Shown piece by piece: positions 46,338-64,000 of a stretch of 64,000 nucleotides of DNA. The notes below the pieces were generated by a model. It made no database searches. It was given only the letters and a program-made list of their open reading frames with translations, and was not told the DNA's origin. Numbering within the stretch: position 1 is the first letter of the stretch; every line of letters starts with the position of its first letter. Source of the stretch: Macrostomum hystrix (taxonomy: Eukaryota; Animalia; Platyhelminthes); contig CATNEN010000032.1 of assembly GCA_950097015.1 (NCBI GenBank), forward strand, positions 310,001-374,000. The letters are read 5' to 3'. Made by a program: the position numbers and the translations under genes.

Positions 46338-47835
46338 TCCCCCCACTCGCTATACCACGTATATGAGCACTATAATCTAACACTAGAACAAAATCCCCAC
46401 GATTTATAACAGATTTCGAATATAATTTTGTGGCATAAGTATTGCAAGACAATGTGGTACAATATTGGCTTGTATAAATCGTATGAAATGAATATTTAGC
46501 CCTAACATCAGGTTCATAATACTGAATTAACTACGCGCAGTTAGTTGGAATCTGCAGCGATCTCCTTTGGTTTGTATATAGATCTAGCTTTTAGTCCAAG
46601 ATTTATAACATGATTTGGTTCGGTACTAGCTGCTTGTAATTAAATGTCAATCTGCCATTTTGTCAATCATGCGGAAATAAATTTACCATATATATGAATG
46701 TACAAAATATAATGAAATAAATAAAAACAGCATATTAAATATTGGCTTTTTGTCACTGCGGACTTAGCTTCTAATTCTTTCTTGCATTCAGAAGAGGCGT
46801 AGTTGCTGCGGGTTGGTTAACCCAGCAACAGCTCATTCTAATAATTATTTACTTTCCTTCTTTACTTTCCTTTACTTTTACTTTACATCCCAATGTTTAA
46901 AAAACCTTAATAAAACAAATACATGCTTAATCAGATTTCGTCTTTTTTAATTTGAATTCGATTGTAATCACAAAAATAGCGTTGAACTCACGTATTAAGA
47001 TGTTTCAAATAACGAAAAATATAAGAAGATGAAAATGGAATACAACGCATGAACATAGTCATATAATAATTTGCATCATTGTTCTAGTTTATTTTCCTTT
47101 TTACTACGCTTTCATTAAAAATTTGTAAAAAATTATTAACGTTTCTCGCTTTATTTCGTGTTTTTAAATACAACTGTGCAGCATATTTTTGTACTCGCAG
47201 TCAAAGGTTGACAACTAATAATAAGTAGCGAGTTTTTAACGCACGATAAAAAGGTGAGCTAAAACATTTAAATGTATGTCAGTTGAATATTTTATATTTA
47301 TGACCGTGCTTCTATGTCTAAAGAAACATAAACTGTTCATGGGGTAAAACAGTAGTTAATTTCTTTTTACTCAGTGATTTGCGATCTTGTCTTCTGAGTT
47401 TGGACTAACTCGAATTGATGGGTCAATTTTTTTAACAGATGCATTGCAAGGGGAAATGAGCTTTAGAGTTGCTAGTAAATTTTTTAATTTAACCTAATGA
47501 CAAGTGGCATTTTAATTTGCTTTTAATTGAACACATTAGACAGAAACAAAAAAGCTCGTTCAAATTAGAAAATTTTGTCTATATAGCATACATTTGATTT
47601 ATTGCTAGTACTGTATAACAAATTGTTTTAGAGCAGTAGTGTTCAGAGACAAAAGCTGGGCATATTACCAGTGCAAAAATATTTACACATTTTCTGTTAA
47701 AATCTGCAAGCACATGGTCTCGAAAATGTATCTATCTAATGTAAATGTGTCTATAAACAAAAATATTTAATATCTACATAAAATATTTTGTGCCAAATAT
47801 TTTTTTTTAAACTCTAATTTCAAGATCTATCATAA

Positions 47836-50800
47836 ATGGCATCAGCCACGCCAGACGAGTCTGATGAAGCAGATGTAAGAATAAAGTTGCTGATTTTTAA
47901 TTTAGTTAATTATTTGATTGACTACATGTATTTGATTAAATAAATACAAAAATAAATCACAGGCCTTTCAGAACGCTTTTGAGTTCTTGCCTTCGGTCCA
48001 GGCAGAAAGGTTCGTTTCTTTCTATAACTATTTAACGGAAGAATATTGAGCTGATAGAATTTCAATTCATGCTCAAATCACCGAAGAAATATTGCTTCCA
48101 GGAGCCAATCCTCTGATGGAGAATCCGCGCTGGAAGACGAGGAAACAAACAACGAGACCGGGGACAGCGACAATGCGGTGGCTGCACTGCTGCAGTCGAT
48201 TGCTGAAGCCCAAGAGGCCATGGACCTGTTTCTGAATAACCAGTTCGACAAGGCTATTAGTCTGGTGCAACCTCGGTGAGGGTTCAAATTCTAGCTTGTC
48301 GTTAAGGAAGTAATAAAAGTGCTAAGTTGCTAACGAACACTTTGTTAACGAACGAATGAAAAATCATTGAATTGTTCTTTGAGGATCCGAGGTTAAAGCA
48401 CTTTGCAGTAAAAATCTTTCAAGGATGGAAAGGGTTGCAGTTGAAGAATCTGACGGTAGATCGGGTTGCTGTTGAAGAATCTGACGGTAGATCGGGTTGC
48501 AGTTGAAGAATCTGACGGTAGATCGGGTTGCTGTTGATGAATCTGACGGTAGATCGGGTTGCAGTTTAAGAATCTGACGGTAGATCGGGTTGCAGTTGAA
48601 GAATCTGACGGTAGATCGGGTTGCAGTTGAAGAATCTGACGGTAGATCGGGTTGCAGTTGAAGAATCTGACGGTAGATCGGGTTGCAGTTGAAGAATCTG
48701 ACGGTAGATCGGGTTGCAGTTGAAGAATCTGACGGTAGATCGGGTTGCAGTTGAAGAATCTGACTGTAGATCGGGTTGCAGTTGAAGAATCTGACGGTAG
48801 ATCGGGTTACAGTTGAAGAATCTGACGGTAGATCGGGTTGCAGTTGAAGAATCTGACTGTAGATCGGGTTGCAGTTGAAGAATCTGACGGTAGATCGGGT
48901 TGCAGTTGAAGAATCTGACGGTAGATCGGGTTGCAGTTGAAGAATCTGACTGTAGATCGGGTTGCAGTTGAAGAATCTGACGGTAGATCGGGTTGCAGGT
49001 AGAATCAGGTAGAATTGAATTGATTAACTCAACCGAAGTAATCACAACGCCAACCGCAACACCGCAGTGCGGATCAGTCGATGTACCACGCCCTCGTGAA
49101 CTCGGCCCTGTACTACATGCGGGCGGTGCTAACAATGGAGCGCCCCGATCTGGCTCTGGCAGCCGAGGTGGCCAACCGCGCCCTCCGAGTCTGCCACCGC
49201 CGAAGGCGTCGCCGCTTCGCCGTGTTGGCGGCGGTTCGTCCCGAGAGCTTCTCAGATGAGCAGTGCCACGCTGAGCTGTGCTACGCTGAGCTACTGCTCG
49301 AGTCGGCCATCCTAGCCTTCGTACAGGACGAGACAATGGTGTCCTTCCTGAAGGGCGGCCTGCGAGTCCGCGAGTGTCATCAGGTTGGTTCCAGCTAAGG
49401 GCGCTCGACGTGTTTTTTTGGCGCCAAAATCCTGCCCTCGAAATTTGATTACTCAATGATTGACGAAATTCGACGAAAATGTTTCATTCAGTTTGGGAGC
49501 TGTCGTGAAGTAGGCAGTGGGTGTTTAAAATACCCCGTTGTCTTTGTACTGTTAATTAGGGGCGCAGCCGCGGAGAGAAGGTTTGAGTTCTTGTCGTCTA
49601 ATTTGCACCCCAGAGGGCCAACCCCCAAAGCACAATGAAAATGTACATGATGAGATGCCGATGAGAAAGCGTGTGTGTGTTCTCAGTGGTCAGTGGAACG
49701 GGCACAATTGCCTCCTCGCTGTCTAAACGTCGCCTGTCGCCAATTGATTAAACAAAGTGCCGATTGACCACCAAGGACTACTTAAGTAGGACTAAACTAT
49801 AAACAATACTTCAGTCGTCCTTGCCGACCACCCGCAGCTGTACCGGCTCTGTTTCCGGCTGCTGCGCAAGCGCACTTGGTCCAACGAGCGACTGCTGGCT
49901 CAGTTCGAAAGCGGCGCCCGCATGGGTGTCGGCGCCTTCAGCCTGTTCGTCAGCCTGCTGCCGTCCACCGTGCTGCGCCTGCTGCAGTTCATTGGCTTCT
50001 CTGGCGACCGCCGATTCGGTCTCGAGCAGCTGGAGGCGGCTGCACAGGTGGCCAATAGTCTACGGGCGCCGCTGGTCCAACTGTTGCTAGCCGGTTTCCA
50101 TGCCAGTCAGGCGCAGACTATGGGCAGGAAGGACTGCCAGTCCGCTGAGCGCTGGCTGCAGGCCTGCCAGGCCAAATACCCCAACAGCGCCGTGCTGCTC
50201 TACATGCAGGTATGCGCCTCAGGTGCACCCTCTGTCATCCCCTGTGTACAGGCACTAGATTTGCCCAGCAACTTCCCCATCCCACTGTCTCTTCCCCATC
50301 CACTGTCTCTTTCCCATCCACTGTCTCTTTCCCATCCACTGTCTCTTTCCCATCCACTGTCTCTTTCCCATCCCATAGTCTCTTCCCCATCCCATAGTCT
50401 CTTCCCCATCCCATAGTGTCTTCCCATCCCATAGTGTCTTCCCCATCCCACTGTCTCTTCCCCATCCCACTGTCTCTTCCCCATCCCACTGTCTCTTCCC
50501 CATCCCACTGTCTCTTCCCCATCCACTGTCTCTTCCCCATCCCACTGTCTCTTCCCCCATCCACTGTCTCTTCCCCATCCCACTGTCTCTTCCCCATCCC
50601 ACTGTCTCTTCCCCATCCCACTGTCTCTTCCCCATCCCACTGTCTCTTCCCCATCCACTGTCTCTTTCCCATCCACTGTCTCTTCCCCATCCACTGTCTC
50701 TTTCCCATCCACTGTCTCTTTCCCATCCCATAGTCTCTTCCCCATCCCATAGTCTCTTCCCCGTCCCATAGTGTCTTCCCATCCCATAGTGTCTTCCCCA

Positions 50801-53107
50801 TCCCACTGTCTCTTCCCCATCCCACTGTCTCTTCCCCATCCCACTGTCTCTTCCCCATCCCACTGTCTCTTCCCCATCCCACCGTCCTTTCCCCAGGGTC
50901 GTGTCGCAATGCTGCAGGGCCAGCCGGAGGTTGGCTCCGGGTTCCTCGAGCGCAGCGCGACCTCAGCGGGTGCCGAGTGGTCCCAGCTGCGCCTGCTGTG
51001 CGACTGGGAGCTGATGTGGTCTCGAGCCTGCCGGGCTGACTGGCCGGGCGCGCTGACTTTGGCCGAACGTCTGGCGGGCGGCTCAAACTGGAGCAAGGCG
51101 ACAATGGCCTACATCAGGGCCTGCTTTCTCTACCAGGGCCGCTGCGCCGGAAGCGACAGCGCGGTGGCGGACAGTCCAGATGGAGTGGACCAGCAGCTGA
51201 TGCAACAGCTGCAGTCGATGTATGAGCAGGTGAGTGGCGGATCTATAGCGGATCGATTGCTAGCCTATCCAATGGATTGCTAGCCTATCCAAGGGATTGC
51301 TAACCTATCCAATGGATTGCTAGCCTATCCAATGGATTGCTAACCTATCCAATGGATTGCTAACCTATCCAATGGATTGCTAACCTATCCAATGGATTGC
51401 TAACCTATCCAATGGATTGCTAGCCTATCCAATGGATTGTTAACCTATTCAATGGATTGCTAGCCTATCCAATGGATTGCTAACCTATCCAATGGATTGC
51501 TAGCCTATCCAATGGATTGCTAGCCTATCCAATGGATTGTTAACCTATCCAATGGATTGCTAGCCTATCCAATGGATTGCTAGCCTATCCAATGGATTGC
51601 TAGCCTATCCAATGGATTGCTAACCTATTCAATGGATTGCTAGCCTATCCAATGGATTGCGAATCTATTCCTTCGATCGCTAGTTCGATAGCTAATCTAT
51701 GCCTCAATAATCTATATGGATTGCTAATATGTATATATTATTTTTTTGTCCAGGTGCCAAAGCTCTGCCAGCGCCTGGCGGGCCGCACTCTGCCGCTGGA
51801 CAAGTTCGCTGCTAGACGCAGCCAGCGCTGGCTGGAGCAGTCTGGCCGCCTGACCCTGCCCGGCCTCGAGCTGCTGGTGGCCTGGGGAGTCTTTCACCTG
51901 GTCGGCACGGAGCACCTGTCTGGTAGCTTCCTGCCCCTGGTGCAGGCCGAGTCTGACAGACTGGACGCCGAGCAGCGGCGGCAGCAACAGCAGCAGCATC
52001 ACCAGCATGGACACAAGGACCGATTTCCATTCCTGAATGACGATAGAGCCCTGGTGCTACTGCTGAAGGCCATCTGTCTGCGACACCTGGGAAACAGCTG
52101 GGCTTTTCAGGTATTGCAATCCATTCTATTCCTTCACCCATGGGATAGATTAGCAATCCATTCTATTCCTTCACCCATGGGATAGATTAGCAATCCATTC
52201 TATTCCTTCACCCATGGGATAGATTAGCAATCCATTCTATTCCTTCATCCATGGGATAGATTAGCAATTCATTCTATTCCTTCACCCATGTGATAGATTA
52301 GCAATCCATTCTATTCCTTCACCCATGGGATAGATTAGCAATCCATTCTATTCCTTCACCCATGGGATAGATTAGCAATCCCTTCCATTTCTTCACCCAT
52401 GGGATAGATTAGCAATCCATTCTATTCCTTCACCCATGGGATAGATTGGCAATCCATTCTATTCCTTCATCCATGGGATAGATTAGCAATCCATTCTATT
52501 CCTTCACCCATGGGATAGATTAGCAATCCATTCTATTCCTTCACCCATGGGATAGATTAGCAATCCATTCCATTCCTTCACCCATGGGATAGATTAGCAA
52601 TCCCTTCCATTTCTTCACCCATGGGATAGATTAGCAATCCCTTCCATTTCTTCACCCATGGGATAGATTAGCAATCCCTTCCATTTCTTCACCCATGGGA
52701 TAGATTAGCAATCCCTTCCATTTCTTCACCCATGGGATAGATTAGCAATCCATTCTATTCCTTCACCCATGGGATAGATTAGCAATCCATTCTATTCCTT
52801 CACCCATGGGATAGATTAGCAATCCATTCCATTCCTTCAACCATTTAATAGACTTACAATCCAATTTCACCCTCAGTCGGAGCAATGCCTCCTGGAGGTC
52901 ACGGGCCAGCTGGCCAGTCAAGTCCGCCACGACCGTCACTTGCTTGGCTGGGCCTGGCTGGAGCTGGCGGCTCTGCAGGCGGCGTCCGGCCGCTCAGCCG
53001 AGGCGCGGACCAGCTTGGACGCCTGCCGGGCTGTGCGCGGCATCAGCCTGGAGGCGCGCATCCACATGAAGGCGCACGCCATGGCGCAGGAGCTGCGGCC
53101 CGCCTGA
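47836..53107 (+). CDS. TTC39: Tetratricopeptide repeat protein 39 (TTC39/Iml2 family), 8 exons
   Basis: Exons 47836-47874, 47963-48009, 48102-48275, 49068-49383, 49838-50209, 50897-51229, 51754-52110, 52877-53107; GT-AG, phases consistent. Motifs AMDLFLNNQF, SMYHAL, HAELCYAE.LL, FESG..MGVGAFSLFVSLLP..VLRLLQFIGFSGD, SNWSKA, LEARIH. Confidence 0.92.
48432..48998. repeat. 31-bp minisatellite (gttgcagttgaagaatctgacggtagatcgg), ~18 units, TTC39 intron 3
   Basis: Direct periodicity. Confidence 0.95.
49557..49790 (+). mobile_element. SINE family 1, copy E (5'-truncated, diverged)
   Basis: ggggcgcagccgcggagagaagg...gggcacaattgcctcctcgct. Confidence 0.75.
50272..50882. repeat. ~21-bp pyrimidine-rich minisatellite (ccatcccactgtctcttccc), TTC39 intron 5
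   Basis: Direct periodicity. Confidence 0.95.
51252..51727. repeat. 20-bp short variant of family X (atggattgctarcctatcca), TTC39 intron 6
   Basis: Direct periodicity; about 18/20 match to half of the 37-bp family X unit. Confidence 0.93.
52115..52840. repeat. 37-bp family X array in inverted orientation (gcaatccattctattccttcacccatgggatagatta), ~20 units, TTC39 intron 7
   Basis: Direct periodicity. Confidence 0.95.
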
Positions 53108-53467
53108 TTGGCGGCTCCGCCGTGCAGGTGTCCCTACGATGATGGAAGTTTACTAAACTCGTCTGTGCCATCGAGTTGAATTGATTTACTTTTTTTAGAG
53201 CTCAAGTGTGTGATAATTTGTTTTTGTGATAAAGCAAACAGCTGCATGACATTTTTTCATTTTTCGTCTCAATTTTTTTTCTTAAATCACACGTGCTTTT
53301 TATCGAATCTCAGCGTTATGCTGCTTGTTTTTACCTTGCTTTTTTACAATCATTAGAGTGGAGACATTGTCCGGACTCGACAGAAAAAAACAAAAACAAA
53401 CTGAACAATTTTAATTTAATACAAAATGGAATGCTTATTTATCCCGTAATTGAAAGGATACAACAAA

Positions 53468-54718
53468 TTGCTTATCTATCCCATGGGTGAAGAAATGGAA
53501 TGGATTGCTAATCTATCCCATGGGTGAAGAAATAGAATGGATTGCTAATCTATCCCATGGGTGAAGAAATGGAATGGATTGCTAATCTATCCCATGGGTG
53601 AAGAAATAGAATGGATTGCTAATCTATCCCATGGGTGAAGGAATAGAATGGATTGCTAATCTATCCCATGGGTAAAGGAACAGAATGGATTACTAATCTA
53701 TCCAATGGGTGAAGGAATGGAATGGATTGCTAATCTATCCCATTGGTGAAGGAATGGAATGGATTGCTAATCTATCCCATGGGTGAAGGAATGGAATGGA
53801 TTGCTAATCTATCCCATTGGTGAAGGAATGGAATGGATTGCTAATCTATCCCATGGGTGAAGGAATAGAGTGGATTGCTAATCTATCTCATGGGTGGAGG
53901 AATAGAATGGATTGCTTATCTATCCCATGGGTGAAGGAATAGAATGGATTGCTAATCTATCCCATGGGTGAAGGAATAGAATGGATTGCTAATCTATCCC
54001 ATGGGTGAAGGAATAGAGTGGATTGCTAATCTATCTCATGGGTGGAGGAATAGAATGGATTGCTAATCTATCCCATGGGTGAAGGAATAGAGTGGATTTC
54101 TAATCTATCTCATGGGTGGAGGAATAGAATGGATTGCTAATCTATCCCATGGGTGAAGGAATAGAGTGGATTGCTAATCTATCTCATGGGTGGAGGAATA
54201 GAATGGATTGCTAATCTATCCCATGGGTGAAGGAATAGAGTGGATTGCTAATCTATCTCATGGGTGGAGGAATAGAATGGATTGCTAATCTATCCCATGG
54301 GTGAAGGAATAGAGTGGATTGCTAATCTATCCCATGGGTGAAGGAATAGAATGGATTACTAATCTATCCCATGGTTGGAGGAATAGAATGGATTGCTAAT
54401 CTATCCCATGGGTGAAGATATGGATGGAATGGATTGCTAATCTATCCCATGGTTGGAGGAATAGAATAGATTGCTAATCTATCCCATGGGTGAAGATATG
54501 GATGGAATGGATTGCTAATCTATCCCATGGGTGAAGATATGGATGGAATGGATTGCTAATCTATCCCATGGGTGAAGATATGGTTGGAATGGATTGCTAA
54601 TCTATCCCATGGGTGAAGATATGGATGGAATGGATTGCTAATCTATCCCATGGGTGAAGATATGGATGGAATGGATTGCTAATCTATCCCATGGGTGAGG
54701 TAATAGAATGAATTGCTA
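53468..54718. repeat. 37/42-bp family X array, ~33 units, downstream of the TTC39 stop codon
   Basis: Direct periodicity; reverse complement of the 52115 array. Confidence 0.95.
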
Positions 54719-54991
54719 AATTGGCCTTTCAATAAAAATATCAAATGTGACAGCTGCTAGCTTGTATTTGCGGTTTGATATTTTGTCGCGCAGAAGTCTA
54801 ACAAAATGTGTATTTAGTTTTACAGTAATCTGTGTAGAGGAACTGCGTCAGTTTTTTATTTTTAATAAATTAGCATTCACATGTGCTGTGTTATTTCTGC
54901 GGAAAACTGTGTGCGGTTCTGTTTAAGTTATTAGGGCTTGATAATTTAAAGAAGTAAATAAAGCAGTAAACTGCTTCTTCGTCTAGGTTAA

Positions 54992-56053
54992 TTCAGAGGA
55001 CAGTAGAGTGTGATTCAGAGGACAGTAGAGTGTGATTCAGAGGACAGTAGAGTGTGATTCAGAGGACAGTAGAGTGTGATTCAGAGGACAGTAGAGTGTG
55101 ATTCAGAGGACAGTAGGTGTGATTCAGAGGACAGTAGAGTGTGATTCAGAGGACAGTAGAGTGTGATTCAGAGGACAGTAGGTGTGATTCAGAGCACAGT
55201 AGGTGTGATTCAGAGCACAGTAGGTGTGATTCAGAGCACAGTAGAGTGTGATTCAGAGGACAGAGTGTGATTCAGAGGACAGAGTGTGATTCAGAGGACA
55301 GTAAAGTGTGATTCAGAGGAAAGTAGAGTGTGATTCAGAGGACAGTAGAGTGTGATTCAGAGGACAGTAGAGTGTGATTCAGAGGACAGTAGAGTGTGAT
55401 TCAGAGGACAGAGTGTGATTCAGAGGACAGTAAAGTGTGATTCAGAGGAAAGTAGAGTGTGATTCAGAGGACAGTAGAGTGTGATTCAGAGGACAGTAGA
55501 GTGTGATTCAGAGGACAGTAGAGTGTGATTCAGAGGACAGTAGAGTGTGATTCAGAGGACAGTAGAGTGTGATTCAGAGGACAGTAGAGTGTGATTCAGA
55601 GGACAGTAAAGTGTGATTCAGAGGACAGTAGAGTGTGATTCAGAGGACAGTAAAGTGTGATTCAGAGGAAAGTAGAGTGTGATTCAGAGGACAGTAGAGT
55701 GTGATTCAGAGGACAGTAGAGTGTGATTCAGAGGACAGTAGAGTGTGATTCAGAGGACAGTAGAGTGTGATTTAGAGGACAGTAGAGTGTGATTCAGAGG
55801 ACAGTAGAGTGTGATTCAGAGGACAGTAGAGTGTGATTCAGAGGACAGTAGAGTGTGATTCAGAGGACAGTAGAGTGTGATTCAGAGGACAGTAGAGTGT
55901 GATTCAGAGGACAGTAGAGTGTGATTCAGAGGACAGTAGAGTGTGATTCAGAGGACAGTAGAGTGTGATTCAGAGGACAGTAGAGTGTGATTTAGAGGAC
56001 AGTAGAGTGTGATTCAGAGGACAGTAGAGTGTGATTCAGAGGACAGTAGAGTG
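54992..56053. repeat. 22-bp minisatellite (gtgattcagaggacagtagagt), ~48 units
   Basis: Direct periodicity. Confidence 0.95.
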
Positions 56054-56384
56054 ATTACACTTGACTAAGCGATATTTTTCGCGAGTTTTATCAATTTCCA
56101 ACTGAAAATTTCTATTTAGAACTGAAATCAGACTATAGGACGAATACAATCAGCAAAATTTATATATTTTAAATAATAACTGAGCATGAAATTATGAGCC
56201 TTGTAGGACAATAACATATCAGTTTGGATATCCGATGATAAACGTTAGATAATGGCAATTGGATTAGACCGTTGATTAGATAGTGGCAGACTAGCTTAAA
56301 TTTATTGGGTTGGACTAGTACTTGTCACTAGATTAATGATGACATAATGGGTAACATAATGGCTGGATGGGTAAGATCGATAAT

Positions 56385-56915
56385 GGCACATTGGTTTGGA
56401 TAATGGCATGTTAGGTTAGATAATGGTACATTGGGTTGGATAATGGCAGGTTGGGTTAGATAATGGCACATAGGGTTAGATAATGGCACATTGGCTTAGA
56501 TAATGGCAGGTTAGGTTAGATAATGGCAGTTTGGGTTAGATAATGGCAGGTTGGGTTAGATAATGGCAGGTTAGGTTAGATAATGGCAGTTTGGGTTAGA
56601 TAATGGCAGGTTAGGTTAGATATTGGCAGGTTGGGTTAGATAATGGCAGTTTGGGTTAGATAATGGCAGGTTGGGTTAGATAATGGCAGGTTAGGTTAGA
56701 TAATGGCACATTGGCTTAGATAATGGCAGGTTAGGTTAGATAATGGCACATTGGGTTAGATAATGGCAGGTTAGGTTAGATATTGGCAGTTTGGGTTAGA
56801 TAATGACAGGTTGGGTTAGATAATGGCAGGTTAGGTTAGATAATGGCACATTGGGTTAGATAATGGCAGGTTAGGTTAGATAATGGCAGTTTGGGTTAGA
56901 TAATGGCACATATGG
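56385..56915. repeat. 20-bp minisatellite (ggttagataatggcaggttr)
   Basis: Direct periodicity. Confidence 0.93.
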
Positions 56916-56973
56916 TTTGATAGTGGCAGACTATTATGTGATAGTGATTGTGATCAGTTTCACCGAAGGTCGG

Positions 56974-62620
<5,647 letters not shown>

Positions 62621-63026
62621 CTATTAAACAGATTGCTTATCTGCTTCTAGAAGGCTGCAGCCACGCAACAGATAAGCCAGACTGGCCTAGTAGAAACTGT
62701 GGGTTAGCTGACACTTCTAAATTTGAGTGTATGGCTGTGATATCTAACTACACAAAGAGCGACATGGTCGGACCTGCATGACATTCAGCAACAGTGAGTA
62801 TTGTAAATTTTTTATTTCCCAGGGGCTTTCCGTTATAGTAAGTCAGTTCAATCCCTAAACTCAAGCACAAATAGTTGGTGGAGCATAGTTCTTAACTCTA
62901 GCAGTCGGTGAGTCGTATTTCTAGACCCAAACTCGGACTCAAACTCAAATTATAACTGTAATTAAAGATTAAATGCAAAACAGTCAAGCTGTTCAGTGAG
63001 TCACAATCCCTGAATTAAACTGGGGA

Positions 63027-63260
63027 TAATTGAGTTAATGTTGAGTAGATAATTGAGTTGATGTGGAGTAGATAATTGAGTTGATGTGGAGTAGATAATT
63101 GAGTTGATGTTGAGTAGATAATTGAGTTGATGTGGAGTAGATAATTGAGTTTATGTGGAGTAGATAATTGAGTTGATGTTGAGTAGATAATTGAGTTGAT
63201 GTTGAGTAGATAATTGAGTTGATGTGGAGTAGATAATTGAGTTGATGTTGAGTAGATAAC
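63027..63260. repeat. 23-bp minisatellite (gagtagataattgagttgatgtg)
   Basis: Direct periodicity. Confidence 0.9.
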
Positions 63261-63664
63261 TAGCAAGTTTTGCCCCCCTTCGGGGAGCAGAAATACTTTT
63301 AATTCGTCTAGTATATACTTTTTAGCAGCTGAATTTACAGCTTTTTAAAGCTACAATGAACCCCCAGTTGACAATGATCCCCCGTTGATGACAATCTCCC
63401 AGTTGATGATGATCCCCCAGTCGACAATGATCCCCCAGTTGTCGTATAATTATCGGCGTTACTAAGGATATCCCTTTATTGAGTACCTTGTAAACTAAAT
63501 AAATACGATTCAGAAAAATATTCACAGGTTAAAATGAATGCCCTTTTTATCAACACCAACGATAAGTACCGAGCTGATTGCTTAGTGCAGCAAGATGTGA
63601 CGCAGGTGACTACTAATATTCACCTGCACTTGTCTTCACGCAAACTGCTAAATAGAACTCAGCG

Positions 63665-64000
63665 ATGCTTAGACTCACGATGGTGCACCTGGGTTCCGGA
63701 AATGAGCTGCGAACAAGAAAATTGATTGAAGCAGAAGAGGAAACGATTTTGAAGAATTTTGAAGAATTTGAAGAGGACACCGTAGCCCTCGACGGTTTCG
63801 GTGGGGATGCCGGCGAGGGCGACGGTGACGGAGGGGGTGACGGCGAGGGCGGTGGCGGGGGCGGGGGTGCCGGCGAGGGCGACGACGAAAGAGACGGAGA
63901 CGGTGAGGGAGAATTAGACAGTGATGGCGATAGAGACCGAGACAGTGAGAAAACTTCCAGATGAAAATGGCGAGGGCGAGGGCGACGGCGAGGGCGAGAC
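63665..64000. other. GC-rich low-complexity segment, possibly the last exon of a neighbouring gene (Ser/Pro-rich on minus, Gly/Asp/Glu-rich on plus); truncated by the window end
   Basis: Codon-like GC-rich repeats; strand cannot be decided. Confidence 0.25.

Noticed and set aside
63665-63964. Plus-strand 99-aa Gly/Asp-rich ORF as a stand-alone gene
   Set aside because: Low complexity, TTG start, and equally explained as the antisense of a truncated Ser/Pro-rich exon.

Overview
This is eukaryotic, intron-rich genomic DNA with GC-rich exons and about 18 kb (about 28%) of short-period tandem arrays that fill most introns. The style suggests a free-living flatworm such as Macrostomum; that is inference, not shown by the sequence. 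I could build splice-consistent models for 12 genes. A long co-oriented minus-strand run covers 767-40372: CCDC97, a TASOR/FAM208-like DUF3715+SPOC protein, three uncharacterised proteins, TRNAU1AP/SECp43, an NFIL3/vrille-like bZIP and one more unknown ORF. It is followed by plus-strand GRDP/DUF1399, FoxC-like and TTC39 genes, then a minus-strand GH13 alpha-glucosidase. Mobile DNA comprises two tRNA-derived SINE families (about 8 and 4 copies or fragments) and two putative MITEs. Main observations: (1) an intron that is exactly an antisense SINE plus its 11-bp target-site duplication, with the duplication supplying both splice sites; (2) an ATG-less phase-0 acceptor just downstream of TRNAU1AP, compatible with a spliced-leader-supplied AUG or a shared exon; (3) an HDV-ribozyme P3/L3-identical motif conserved in SINE family 1; (4) a HUSH-core TASOR homolog with a truncated architecture; (5) a cluster of PAR/C-EBP bZIP sites upstream of the NFIL3-like gene; (6) inverted minisatellite arrays bracketing TTC39 exons. 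Exon coordinates were read by eye and may be off by a few bases. Family calls rest on remembered motifs, not database searches.
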